From the IMG/VR virus record IMGVR_UViG_3300001354_000016, positions 1-32,305 of that record: a stretch of 32,305 bases of DNA; one strand, 5' to 3'. The stretch's first letter is position 1; each line of letters begins with the position of its first letter. Positions 15,826 to 23,680 of the stretch are shown here, piece after piece. Source of the stretch: a virus. Its lineage: Duplodnaviria > Caudoviricetes. The translations under genes were made by a program, and so were the position numbers. Below the pieces are notes generated by a model. That model saw only the letters and a program-made list of their open reading frames with translations. It was not told the DNA's origin and ran no database searches.

Positions 15826-15886
15826 GTTTACTCTTTTTAGCGCATAAAAGAGTAAACAATCCACGCTTTTTAGCGCATAGAAAGGA
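15826..15886. repeat. 12-bp inverted repeat plus 14-bp direct repeat
   Basis: GTTTACTCTTTT-TAGCGCAT-AAAAGAGTAAAC (15826-15857); CTTTTTAGCGCATA at 15833-15846 and 15866-15879. Confidence 0.8.
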
Positions 15887-15887
15887 A

Positions 15888-17171
15888 TTACTGGGGGGAA
15901 TATCTATTCAACTCAGTATCGTATAGACTATTTTCTAAAAAATCAACCAGAATGTCAATTTCTTCTTCTGTTAGACCGAGCGGAGTGAATCTGTAGTCCA
16001 GATATTCTGTGGGGATATCTGCCTGAGGGATCGCATTGTTCTTATACTCAACGACCTGCCGGACAGATGCAAACGAAGCACCATGACCAAATATGTTTGT
16101 GTCTCTCAGGTTGTACAAGGTCGGAATCTTGAATTTGTAGTTGTCAAGATCCTGTTTAGTAAACCCACCTCTTCCTTTTCGGACGTTCTCGGAGACTTCT
16201 CCGACTATAAAATTCATAGCATCAAGATCGGCAAACCCTACTGCCATAAACACCTCATCCGCTGGAGCATACTGCCTAGAACTGAGAGCGGGACCAGTAT
16301 GACAGTTGCTACAACCAGCATCGCCGAAGAATAATTGCGCGCCTTTCAATTGATTGTCAGTCATAGCAGTTTTATCTCCGCGTAACCATTTCTGGAATGG
16401 TGCGCGATTAGTGAGAACAGTACGCTCATATGCTGCCATCGATTGAGCAGCAGAAGTCACATCCTCGATTCCAGTCAAGCGATGGACACCTATCGCTGCT
16501 GCTGCCTGAGTTTCGACTCCACTCCATTGCCTTGAGTTGTTTTGTTTTGGGGTATCTTCGGTCATCAAGATCGCAGGATCGATCCCTGCATTGATAATGC
16601 CGTCAGGTGAATTACCAAATTGTCCGTTCCAAAGCATCACTTCTTGGTATGCGACATTAACAATCGTCGGCGAAGCAATGGGTTGAACGTCGACATCGAG
16701 TTCTATATCGTATCCGTCACATTCTAAGCAAATATCCGCGAGAACTCTGTTCGATCCTTCTCCTACTCCACCTTCACCAATACCCTGAGCAATACCTGAT
16801 TTAAAACCAGATGGGGCATTGTGGCAAGAAGCGCAGGAGAATGTACCATTTAGTTCAGGAATTTTGCCTATACCGACTGACGTGTCATGGAATATAATTT
16901 TACCTTCCTCAACCTTTTCTTTAGTGATCGGGTTCAATGGGTCCTGAGGGATAGAGTCATAGTCATCGCTCTCTGGTAGAATGAAAGCATCAACGTCACC
17001 TATAATTGACAATAAAATATCAGACTCTGTCGGAACAGAAACTGGTTCCGATGTTGTAGAATTCCCTCCGGACCCGCCACACCCTGAAAGGACGAAGAGG
17101 CATAACAAGATAAACAATATTGTTATTATACAATCTAAGACCTTTGTTACTATAGTATAAAAATCCATCAA
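15888..17171 (-). CDS. Di-haem cytochrome c peroxidase (CCP/MauG family), lipoprotein
   Basis: Two CxxCH motifs (CASCH, CSNCH), GKIIFHD, WNGQF, FKIPTLYNL, HGASF; lipobox LSG-C31 followed by a Gly/Ser linker. Confidence 0.85.
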   Translation of the reverse strand: MMDFYTIVTKVLDCIITILFILLCLFVLSGCGGSGGNSTTSEPVSVPTESDILLSIIGDVDAFILPESDDYDSIPQDPLNPITKEKVEEGKIIFHDTSVGIGKIPELNGTFSCASCHNAPSGFKSGIAQGIGEGGVGEGSNRVLADICLECDGYDIELDVDVQPIASPTIVNVAYQEVMLWNGQFGNSPDGIINAGIDPAILMTEDTPKQNNSRQWSGVETQAAAAIGVHRLTGIEDVTSAAQSMAAYERTVLTNRAPFQKWLRGDKTAMTDNQLKGAQLFFGDAGCSNCHTGPALSSRQYAPADEVFMAVGFADLDAMNFIVGEVSENVRKGRGGFTKQDLDNYKFKIPTLYNLRDTNIFGHGASFASVRQVVEYKNNAIPQADIPTEYLDYRFTPLGLTEEEIDILVDFLENSLYDTELNRYSPQ

Positions 17172-17488
17172 TACATTTCCGCAATTTCTTGAGCGTACTT
17201 GGGGTTGGTTACTGGGACTGCGTTGGATTTGTGGAGCTGCCCGATTCCGATAACGAAGTCGCCTGTGTACTGCTGGGACTCTCTTTTGTCGCCTCCTGCC
17301 TTTCTTGGAGTAAGAGGTGCCGACGAGTAGCGTTCTGTCTCTGCCGCACGTTCGCTTGCATACGTCTTTGTTGGTTGGTATTCCTGAAACTTAGGCGCGA
17401 CATATTTGACACAGACTTCTCCTTTCGGTTTACGAGGTTTGCGTTTACGACCATTGTAATCGTATTTAGTTGAACCAAAAATTCGCAT
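17168..17488 (-). CDS. Hypothetical protein
   Basis: Probable start MRIFGS at 17488 (TGATG overlap); C-terminal YTG..IGIGQLHKSNAVPV. Confidence 0.7.
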   Translation of the reverse strand: MRIFGSTKYDYNGRKRKPRKPKGEVCVKYVAPKFQEYQPTKTYASERAAETERYSSAPLTPRKAGGDKRESQQYTGDFVIGIGQLHKSNAVPVTNPKYAQEIAEMY

Positions 17489-17622
17489 CAGTAAACTATC
17501 TCCTGAATTATTTGCCACGCTTCGTTCAGTTCTTGCTTTGACTCTTCATCGGATGCTATAGAGTCTTCGCTATAAGAGGTTAATGCTTGCCAGACTACCA
17601 GCATTGCTTCGTTCTTATCCAT
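17488..17622 (-). CDS. Small hypothetical protein, 44 aa (not in ORF track)
   Basis: MDKNEAMLVVWQALTSYSEDSIASDEESKQELNEAWQIIQEIVY*; stop/start overlaps at both ends. Confidence 0.7.
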   Translation of the reverse strand: MDKNEAMLVVWQALTSYSEDSIASDEESKQELNEAWQIIQEIVY

Positions 17623-17975
17623 TACGCTGCCTCTCCCATCCGATCGAACATAAACAGAAATTCATCCAAGCTGCCTTCGAAGACTACCTTCCAATCGTCC
17701 ATCGGGTAATCCTCGATATGACGAACAACAAGTCTTTTACCAGTTACCTCATAGCGAAAATCGATGTCAGCGTGATCCTCAGCAGCGCTGGTGAATTCAG
17801 CACGATCATTAGCACGAAAGAATTTTGCTGCCAGATGGGCAAATCGGTTTTCTTGAAAGTTTACTGCCTTGCGGAAATACTTCGCAGCGCCATGCAGATA
17901 CCCATCATGGTGGATGTAGAAAGTTTGACGACCGAAGTATTCAGAATCAAATTGGTAGGTTGCTCTAGTAGACAT
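17622..17975 (-). CDS. Hypothetical early protein (MSTR...YxHxDGY type)
   Basis: AAGGAG SD; MSTRA and FYIHHDGY motif. Confidence 0.7.
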   Translation of the reverse strand: MSTRATYQFDSEYFGRQTFYIHHDGYLHGAAKYFRKAVNFQENRFAHLAAKFFRANDRAEFTSAAEDHADIDFRYEVTGKRLVVRHIEDYPMDDWKVVFEGSLDEFLFMFDRMGEAA

Positions 17976-18002
17976 AACGCTCTCCTTGGTTTCAATACAT
18001 AT

Positions 18003-18051
18003 ATTATACTAAAAATTGCCCCGAAGGGCAACTTATAGTAAGTTATTGATC
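18003..18051 (-). promoter_or_regulatory. Early promoter with IHF-like box
   Basis: GATCAATAACTTAC (18038-18051), TTGCCC, 17 bp, TATAAT (18003-18008). Confidence 0.75.
18011..18031 (-). terminator. cUUCGg-loop terminator superimposed on the promoter
   Basis: TTGCCC-TTCG-GGGCAA-TTTTT, 11 nt after the stop of 18043..18216. Confidence 0.75.
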
Positions 18052-18216
18052 TTTAAGAGAAATTTCACCCAACTTTTTAAAGGGAAGAGGAAAATCATGA
18101 AGGCGACCTTCAAATTTTAAAATATTAAAATCATCAGGGTGAAGCGGAATATATTCGCGTCCAGGGTAGTTAATTAAGAACCGCTGAATTCGGTCTTCTA
18201 AGAGTACTTTTTCCAT
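18043..18216 (-). CDS. Small hypothetical protein, 57 aa (not in ORF track)
   Basis: MEKVLLEDRIQRFLINYPGREYIPLHPDDFNILKFEGRLHDFPLPFKKLGEISLKDQ*; TAAGGAG SD; own promoter and terminator. Confidence 0.75.
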   Translation of the reverse strand: MEKVLLEDRIQRFLINYPGREYIPLHPDDFNILKFEGRLHDFPLPFKKLGEISLKDQ

Positions 18217-18242
18217 TTTTTATCTCCTTAACAAGAAACCTT

Positions 18243-18291
18243 ATTATACCGCGAAGATAACAAAACAGAAACTCTACGTAAGTTATTGATC
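18243..18291 (-). promoter_or_regulatory. Early promoter with IHF-like box
   Basis: GATCAATAACTTAC (18278-18291), GTTTCTG, 17 bp, TATAAT (18243-18248). Confidence 0.75.
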
Positions 18292-18708
18292 TTAATCAGC
18301 ATTTAAGTCCGTCAAGGGATTGCCAACGTTACGATCTGTCGCATGAGTTTCGAGTTGTCTACCCTGAGTGCGTCGAACGATATCATCTCCATTAAACTCT
18401 GCCCAATACAACTCAAATGCAACGCCATCATCTACACCAACAAACTGATGCCACTTGCCTGGTGCCACTTTGTAGTAGTCACCCGCTCTTAGAATTGTCT
18501 GATCACAGAGATGAGGTTTTTCTGTGCGTGGTTCATCTGTCCACGTCTTTACCATCAAGGTGCCGGACTCTACGAAGAATCCATTCCACTTGGTTTTGTG
18601 ATAGTGTTCACTACAACAGTGGTTTGCTTTAAACTCTATTCGATGGAACTCGAATGAAGATGTATGTTCTATTAGTTGGGTGTTACCCCAGATTTTACCT
18701 GATTTCAT
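18292..18708 (-). CDS. Cupin-domain protein
   Basis: CSEHYH..K.N.F.V.SG and L.AGD...VAPG.WH cupin motifs. Confidence 0.75.
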   Translation of the reverse strand: MKSGKIWGNTQLIEHTSSFEFHRIEFKANHCCSEHYHKTKWNGFFVESGTLMVKTWTDEPRTEKPHLCDQTILRAGDYYKVAPGKWHQFVGVDDGVAFELYWAEFNGDDIVRRTQGRQLETHATDRNVGNPLTDLNAD

Positions 18709-19294
18709 ATTTTCTGTCTCTGTTAAAATAACAATTATTCATGTATTTGATAAGTTGCTTTGACGGTACGCTCATCATTTCTCTAGTTACTATAAAATTG
18801 CCTGCGATAGAGACTCTTTCTTTTTCTGACATATTGTACTGCACATAGTGAGGATAAGAACCATTTAACAGTATCATCTCGGATGCCTTTGGTTGTATCA
18901 TAATCCTATTGTCAAAAAAATTAGGAGTGAATGTAAGTGCGCCCGTTTCTTCCGGAACGTCCACATAATAAATCCATGACAATGCTGCAGGATCCAATTT
19001 ATTAGTATGTATATGTGGTTCTGCCATCGTTTTTGGTTTTATAATATGACCCCAAGCGTAAAGGTTTTGCTCCTTGAACCTGCTGTCTATAGAAACAAAT
19101 ATCTGTTTGACTACTTTTAGTAAATCAGATATTTTATCGAGATCAATTTGTATTTCATTGGGATCGTAATACATATGATCTTTTGAGCAGGATAAAACGT
19201 AATTCCTTAGATAGTCGTTATCAACTATGCCGGAAAGGTCCATGCTATGGACGCTGAGTTTTAAAAGTTCTATCTCATTAGACTGTATTTTCAT
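18695..19294 (-). CDS. 2OG-Fe(II) oxygenase (TIGR02466-like)
   Basis: W....P...PHIH, LSWIYYV, PHYV..N, RVSIAGN. Confidence 0.75.
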   Translation of the reverse strand: MKIQSNEIELLKLSVHSMDLSGIVDNDYLRNYVLSCSKDHMYYDPNEIQIDLDKISDLLKVVKQIFVSIDSRFKEQNLYAWGHIIKPKTMAEPHIHTNKLDPAALSWIYYVDVPEETGALTFTPNFFDNRIMIQPKASEMILLNGSYPHYVQYNMSEKERVSIAGNFIVTREMMSVPSKQLIKYMNNCYFNRDRKYEIR

Positions 19295-19529
19295 ACCAAT
19301 TCACAACAGTTTCTACTCGAAAAGAACGCCATGCATTTTTGTCTAGTGACCAGACTACCAGGTGCTCATTCTTTTCCTGTTGCTCTAATACTTCAGGAAC
19401 ATTCTTATCTGATAATTCGTGGTTCAATGTACAAGGCATAACACGCAGTTCGCCAGTGTCAATTTTGGTAAACTCAACGGTGACTGCTCCTTCTTTTGCT
19501 GCTTTAATAAATCCTTTCACGTTCTTCAA
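19278..19529 (-). CDS. WYL-like/SH3 beta-barrel protein (DUF2693-like)
   Basis: VTVEFTK.DTGE.R.M.CTL ... W.LDK.AWRSFR; TTG start at 19529 with AAAGGA SD. Confidence 0.7.
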   Translation of the reverse strand: MKNVKGFIKAAKEGAVTVEFTKIDTGELRVMPCTLNHELSDKNVPEVLEQQEKNEHLVVWSLDKNAWRSFRVETVVNWYENTV

Positions 19530-19736
19530 TCGGTTTCTTCCTTTAATTGTAAATAAACATCTTCTAGAACATCTGTCAGTCTGACCTTTTTCTTCACAGT
19601 AAGTGACCAGAGATAAGACAGAAGTATATAGATCATCATACTCTCCTTCAAGGTCATTCTCTCGCATCAGAATTTGAATTCGAGTGAACATAACATCAGC
19701 GGTTCCTCGCGATTCACCATTCCACTTGTCGTTCAT
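19526..19736 (-). pseudogene. Hypothetical gene with apparent +1 frameshift (or sequence error)
   Basis: ATG at 19736 overlaps the peroxiredoxin stop (ATGA). The +1 frame ends DVLEDVYLQLKEETD* at a TTGA overlap with the next start. The span is 211 nt (3n+1). Confidence 0.45.
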
Positions 19737-20290
19737 GCAACTTCCCGCTTCGTGTGAGCAAGGCAATAACCCATCAGGTTCTCAGGTGTCGAGATTTCAT
19801 AAGGATCTTCCTCGTGGTCGTCTTTCATACCTGCTTCTGGGAATACTGCTTCTACGACCATATCATCCACAACAATAGCATAACGCCATGAACGTATGCC
19901 AAAACCAAGGTTGTCTTTTGTGACCAACGCTCCAACTGCTTTTGTAAAAGTTCCTGATCCATCGGGAATAACCTCCACGTTCTCTAGGTTTTGTGCTTTT
20001 GCCCAAGCATTCATAACGAACGAATCGTTTACTGACATGCAGTAAATTGCGTCAATGCCTGTGTGCTGCATTTGCTCAAACTTACTTTCAAATCCAGGGA
20101 GTTGAAACGTTGAACACGTTGGAGTAAATGCTCCTGGTAGAGAAAACAAAATTACTCGTTTGCCTGCAAAATAATCAGCGGTAGTCTTGTCTTCCCACTT
20201 GTACGGGTTGGTGGTTTTACCTTCCATCTCAGGGTCTCTGACTCTGACATGAAACGTAACATCAGGTAATTTATCGCCTTTTTTAATCAT
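19733..20290 (-). CDS. Peroxiredoxin (Prx5/redoxin type)
   Basis: FSLPGAFTPTCS, SVNDxFVMxAW, PDG.G.FT, RSWRY; AGGAG SD before the ATG at 20290. Confidence 0.92.
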   Translation of the reverse strand: MIKKGDKLPDVTFHVRVRDPEMEGKTTNPYKWEDKTTADYFAGKRVILFSLPGAFTPTCSTFQLPGFESKFEQMQHTGIDAIYCMSVNDSFVMNAWAKAQNLENVEVIPDGSGTFTKAVGALVTKDNLGFGIRSWRYAIVVDDMVVEAVFPEAGMKDDHEEDPYEISTPENLMGYCLAHTKREVA

Positions 20291-21182
20291 AAGTATCTCC
20301 TGTATCATAATTTGTTAATAACAACTCTTTTCTATTACCTTCATCTTCACGATACATTTTACCTGAATGCATCGTATAAGTCAAGTCCCATTCTTTCTGA
20401 AACCAATCTTGATACAATTCACGCAAAACTTCATTAGAGTTGTATGTGATCATCACATTACCCATAGAATCTTGTGCACGTTCATAAAAAAGATAGTGAT
20501 CAAAATCTGAGTGGTGTTTACCTTTTTTACCATACAAGAATGATTTAATATCATAAGGCGGATCGGCGAAAACAAAATCCGTCGCACTGCAGTCCTCCAA
20601 AACTTTTTCGTAATCAAAGTTGGTTATAACCCAAGACTCAATAAGTTTAGAATACTGAGGAAGTCTTTCGATAATGTTTCTCGAAAAATTTGACTTGCTG
20701 GCAGCGGCAGAAAATCCAGAAGATTCCCCAAGACCAGAAAAGCTGCACTTGTTACAAATAAAAAAACGAACAGCACGCCCAAAAGAATCAAGAGATCCGC
20801 CGAGCGCTTCTCGACTTTCAAGAAAAAGATCTCTATGCGATTGATCAGCGTCTTCATATGACTCTGCCTTCAGTTTGTAGTTTAGGACAGCACTATATAG
20901 CGCATCGCCGTTTTTCTGAAGTTGCGACCAAAAACAAAACAAGTTCCCATAGATATCGTTGACCCAGACTGGTACGTCAGGATATCTCTTGGTAAATTCA
21001 ATGGCGACAGAACCACCACCAACAAACGGTTCACGATATGCAGTGATGTTTTCAGGCAAGTGATCGAATAAGAACTTAGTTGCTCTTGATTTACCGCCAG
21101 GATATCTAAGAGGAGTTTTTAATTTTTTTAAGGGTAATGACTCTGACATCGCAGGATACTCTTTGTGGTTTAGATTCATCAA
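20283..21182 (-). CDS. dam: DNA adenine methyltransferase (D12/Dam class)
   Basis: LRYPGGKS, EPFVGGGSV, DPPY; alternative start at 21149. Target sequence not determinable from the window. Confidence 0.9.
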   Translation of the reverse strand: MMNLNHKEYPAMSESLPLKKLKTPLRYPGGKSRATKFLFDHLPENITAYREPFVGGGSVAIEFTKRYPDVPVWVNDIYGNLFCFWSQLQKNGDALYSAVLNYKLKAESYEDADQSHRDLFLESREALGGSLDSFGRAVRFFICNKCSFSGLGESSGFSAAASKSNFSRNIIERLPQYSKLIESWVITNFDYEKVLEDCSATDFVFADPPYDIKSFLYGKKGKHHSDFDHYLFYERAQDSMGNVMITYNSNEVLRELYQDWFQKEWDLTYTMHSGKMYREDEGNRKELLLTNYDTGDTYD

Positions 21183-21798
21183 TTATAACAGGTCCGCCAT
21201 GAAAAGTACAATGTTTTTCGTCGAACCTATTAAAATGTTTTATCAATAAAATTTCATTTGGTTCTAAGTCGTCAAAAGAATACCAAGAAACTTTATCGTC
21301 ATAATAGGGAAAAAGACTTTTAGACCAATTGTATATTGGCATTTCTTTATCTACCGCTTTTTCAAAAAAAGACATGTCAACTGTTTGTAAATCTGCCATA
21401 ATTAACGGTGCATTAGTATTTTTTGATCCGCCATTAACCCAAAACCCAGTCATTCTAAACCAATCCTCTGATTTATACTCTGGACAAAATTGTTCAGTTA
21501 AAGGATGATCTTCATTTATTTTAAAATGTTTCCAGAAATCTGCGTGAATATATCTAGTAGTTTTTATTTTTGGTCTTCTGACCATACGAGGAAAACAAAA
21601 ACTTTTAGTATCTTTTGGAAAAAAGTCATGCGCTACTTTGGTAAACCTTTTTCTTAAAGACTCAGTACTAAAGTAATCAAAATCATAATCGTCTGTTATG
21701 ACTTGCATACCATTAATGTCTAGATTAAAATCAAAACCCGACTCTCTCCAAGGGGTAGGTTCTATATCAAAAATACCATCTTCAAATTTATATTTCAT
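21106..21798 (-). CDS. AsaB/CmcJ/NvfI-like Fe(II) oxygenase, paralog 2
   Basis: IHAD, PLIMAD, WY.F.DL.PNE.L, HG, RVSCDVR. Confidence 0.6.
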   Translation of the reverse strand: MKYKFEDGIFDIEPTPWRESGFDFNLDINGMQVITDDYDFDYFSTESLRKRFTKVAHDFFPKDTKSFCFPRMVRRPKIKTTRYIHADFWKHFKINEDHPLTEQFCPEYKSEDWFRMTGFWVNGGSKNTNAPLIMADLQTVDMSFFEKAVDKEMPIYNWSKSLFPYYDDKVSWYSFDDLEPNEILLIKHFNRFDEKHCTFHGGPVIIDESKPQRVSCDVRVITLKKIKNSS

Positions 21799-22838
21799 TT
21801 AAACGCTATCACCCTAGAATCAATGGACTTCCTTGGTTCATAATTAGATCTGAAACCAGTAGAACCGTGCACATTAGCAAAAGGAAGACCGTTTGCTTTT
21901 CGATCAAAACTAAAGTGGTTGAATACAAGAGTTTCGTTTGGTTTTAAATCGTCAAAAATATACCACCTAACGTTTTGAGTATGTTTATAAGTTGTGAAAT
22001 GTCGAATTGCATGCTTTGTTATTAATCCATGATACCCTTTTTTCATCATAATGTCAACAAAATTAGTGTCTTTAGGATACCCAAGATTATTTTTTATAAA
22101 ATATTTCGCGTCCTCGGTAAGAAAGTCCGGGTCTAATAAATTTTCATTTGCCCAATCTTCTCCACCTTCTTCTTTTTTAAGATCAAATTTTTTACCAAGA
22201 ACAGAAAGTCTATTGAAATTATTTCTTGCAGTGTTACCCAACAAAGGGTCGAAAGATCGGTTGCCATAACTAGCATAATTATCTAAGGATAATGTAGATA
22301 GATCTGACACGCAAAACCCTTGAGAATTAGGAACAGAACTTAGGTTTTTCCAAAACCCCAGGTACAATGCTTCCCTAGAGTAAGCTTCAGAAATATCGAT
22401 TCCTTTTCTAGCAAAATTTTTATCAATAAAATCTGGCACAAACATATCGACAGTAACGTTGTCTAAATCTAAATGTGCTAATTGAATTGATTGAACTGTT
22501 TTTGTCGCATCTTCTCTGTAATGATATATTCGACAACACGCAGCAAAGAAATGCATTTTCTCTACTAAATTCTTTTCAACTTCTTTATAGTATTCAATTG
22601 CCAGTTTCTTATCAAAAGGAACGCTCGTTGCTCTAAAACCAACTTTGCTAGTATCTGTATTTTCTACTAGTTTTTTTATCAAATTGGGATCGATGTCATC
22701 TTGAATTACTTGAATACCATTTTTTTCTAAAGTTAATTCTGCATCTCTCCAGTCATATAACTCTAATGTTGCTACGTCTATTTGATTTTTTTCATCATTG
22801 AAGTAGAGTAATTGGTCTTCAATTTTCGGCGTCATCAT
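21795..22838 (-). CDS. AsaB/CmcJ/NvfI-like Fe(II) oxygenase, paralog 1
   Basis: LEKNGIQ, AHLD, WYIFDDLKPNE, VHG, RKSIDSR. Confidence 0.6.
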   Translation of the reverse strand: MMTPKIEDQLLYFNDEKNQIDVATLELYDWRDAELTLEKNGIQVIQDDIDPNLIKKLVENTDTSKVGFRATSVPFDKKLAIEYYKEVEKNLVEKMHFFAACCRIYHYREDATKTVQSIQLAHLDLDNVTVDMFVPDFIDKNFARKGIDISEAYSREALYLGFWKNLSSVPNSQGFCVSDLSTLSLDNYASYGNRSFDPLLGNTARNNFNRLSVLGKKFDLKKEEGGEDWANENLLDPDFLTEDAKYFIKNNLGYPKDTNFVDIMMKKGYHGLITKHAIRHFTTYKHTQNVRWYIFDDLKPNETLVFNHFSFDRKANGLPFANVHGSTGFRSNYEPRKSIDSRVIAFK

Positions 22839-23061
22839 CTTTGTTATACACTTTAAAGTTTATGCTACCTGTAGGACTCAATGAGTTAAGAAAGTCTTCA
22901 AGCGATTCTTCTTCGTTATGAGATTTACCAACTTGGATTCCCATTACAAAAGATTCAAGTTCTGTTGGTGAAAGAGACTCAAGATAATAATCAAACTCTT
23001 CAATAGATTCTTTTATTTCTTTTTTTATTTGATAGTCTTCTAGAGAAATTACATTGCTCAT
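22819..23061 (-). CDS. Acidic hypothetical protein
   Basis: 80 aa, downstream of AATAAATA. Confidence 0.6.
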   Translation of the reverse strand: MSNVISLEDYQIKKEIKESIEEFDYYLESLSPTELESFVMGIQVGKSHNEEESLEDFLNSLSPTGSINFKVYNKDDDAEN

Positions 23062-23089
23062 AATACTGCATCCAAATGGGTTTCAGTAT

Positions 23090-23097
23090 TATTTATT
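23090..23097 (-). promoter_or_regulatory. Late promoter variant AATAAATA
   Basis: Intergenic NATAAATA upstream of 23061. Confidence 0.55.
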
Positions 23098-23113
23098 AGG
23101 GTTGTCTCTTTTG

Positions 23114-23518
23114 TTATCCACTGAGAGAAACCCCTTTACCCATTTTTATAGCGTCCCATTGCTCCGGAGTGACCTCATTTAATCTGTCTTGTTTATACTT
23201 GCTATTATATTCGGGGTATGGACCATATGCTGGATCTCGAACCTCCGGATTCTCTTGATCGTGTATGTCCAACTGGATCAGAGCATAGTGCAGAATCTTC
23301 ATGATGTCTTTACGAGCATCAGCAGGAGTTCCTTTGTTACCATATCGTTTGGCATACTTTATGACGTTTCCAAGGCAAAACCCAGTGCCATGACCACTAT
23401 CAATAATAATATCAGTCGCTTGGTACTTATCTGTCGCATAATGTTGGTCGTATGTGTGGTCGACATATCTTTTAAACTCCTTGATGAGTTGTTCTTCATT
23501 AAATTTATATTTCATCAA
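23114..23518 (-). CDS. DUF3310 family protein (T7 gp1.7 nucleotide-kinase-like)
   Basis: HY...Q..D.I...GFCLGNVIKY..RYG.K...D..K..HY. Confidence 0.8.
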   Translation of the reverse strand: MMKYKFNEEQLIKEFKRYVDHTYDQHYATDKYQATDIIIDSGHGTGFCLGNVIKYAKRYGNKGTPADARKDIMKILHYALIQLDIHDQENPEVRDPAYGPYPEYNSKYKQDRLNEVTPEQWDAIKMGKGVSLSG

Positions 23519-23544
23519 AAGTTAATCCTTCTTGATTTAAGTAT

Positions 23545-23594
23545 ATTATACCAAAATTTGTTATTAATTTATACCCTAAAAAATCAATTATTTC
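23545..23594 (-). promoter_or_regulatory. Possible early promoter
   Basis: TATAAT at 23545-23550, weak -35; an IHF-like AATCAATTATTTC in the opposite orientation at 23582-23594. Confidence 0.45.
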
Positions 23595-23611
23595 AACTTC
23601 CGGCATATTAG

Positions 23612-23647
23612 AAAGAAGGAACCCCCTCACTTGCGTAAGAGAGTTCC
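23612..23647 (-). terminator. Rho-independent terminator
   Basis: GGAACTCTCTTAC-GCAA-GTGAGGGGGTTCC-TTCTTT; the 13-bp stem closes fully only on the minus strand (three G-U pairs). Confidence 0.8.
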
Positions 23648-23680
23648 AATTCTTTTTTTCAACAAGTTTATATAGTGGGT

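Noticed and set aside
20283-21182. Dam-type methylase as the methyl donor partner for the TET enzyme
   Set aside because: It is an N6-adenine (DPPY) enzyme about 7 kb away in a different transcription unit; TET/JBP enzymes mostly act on 5-methylpyrimidines.
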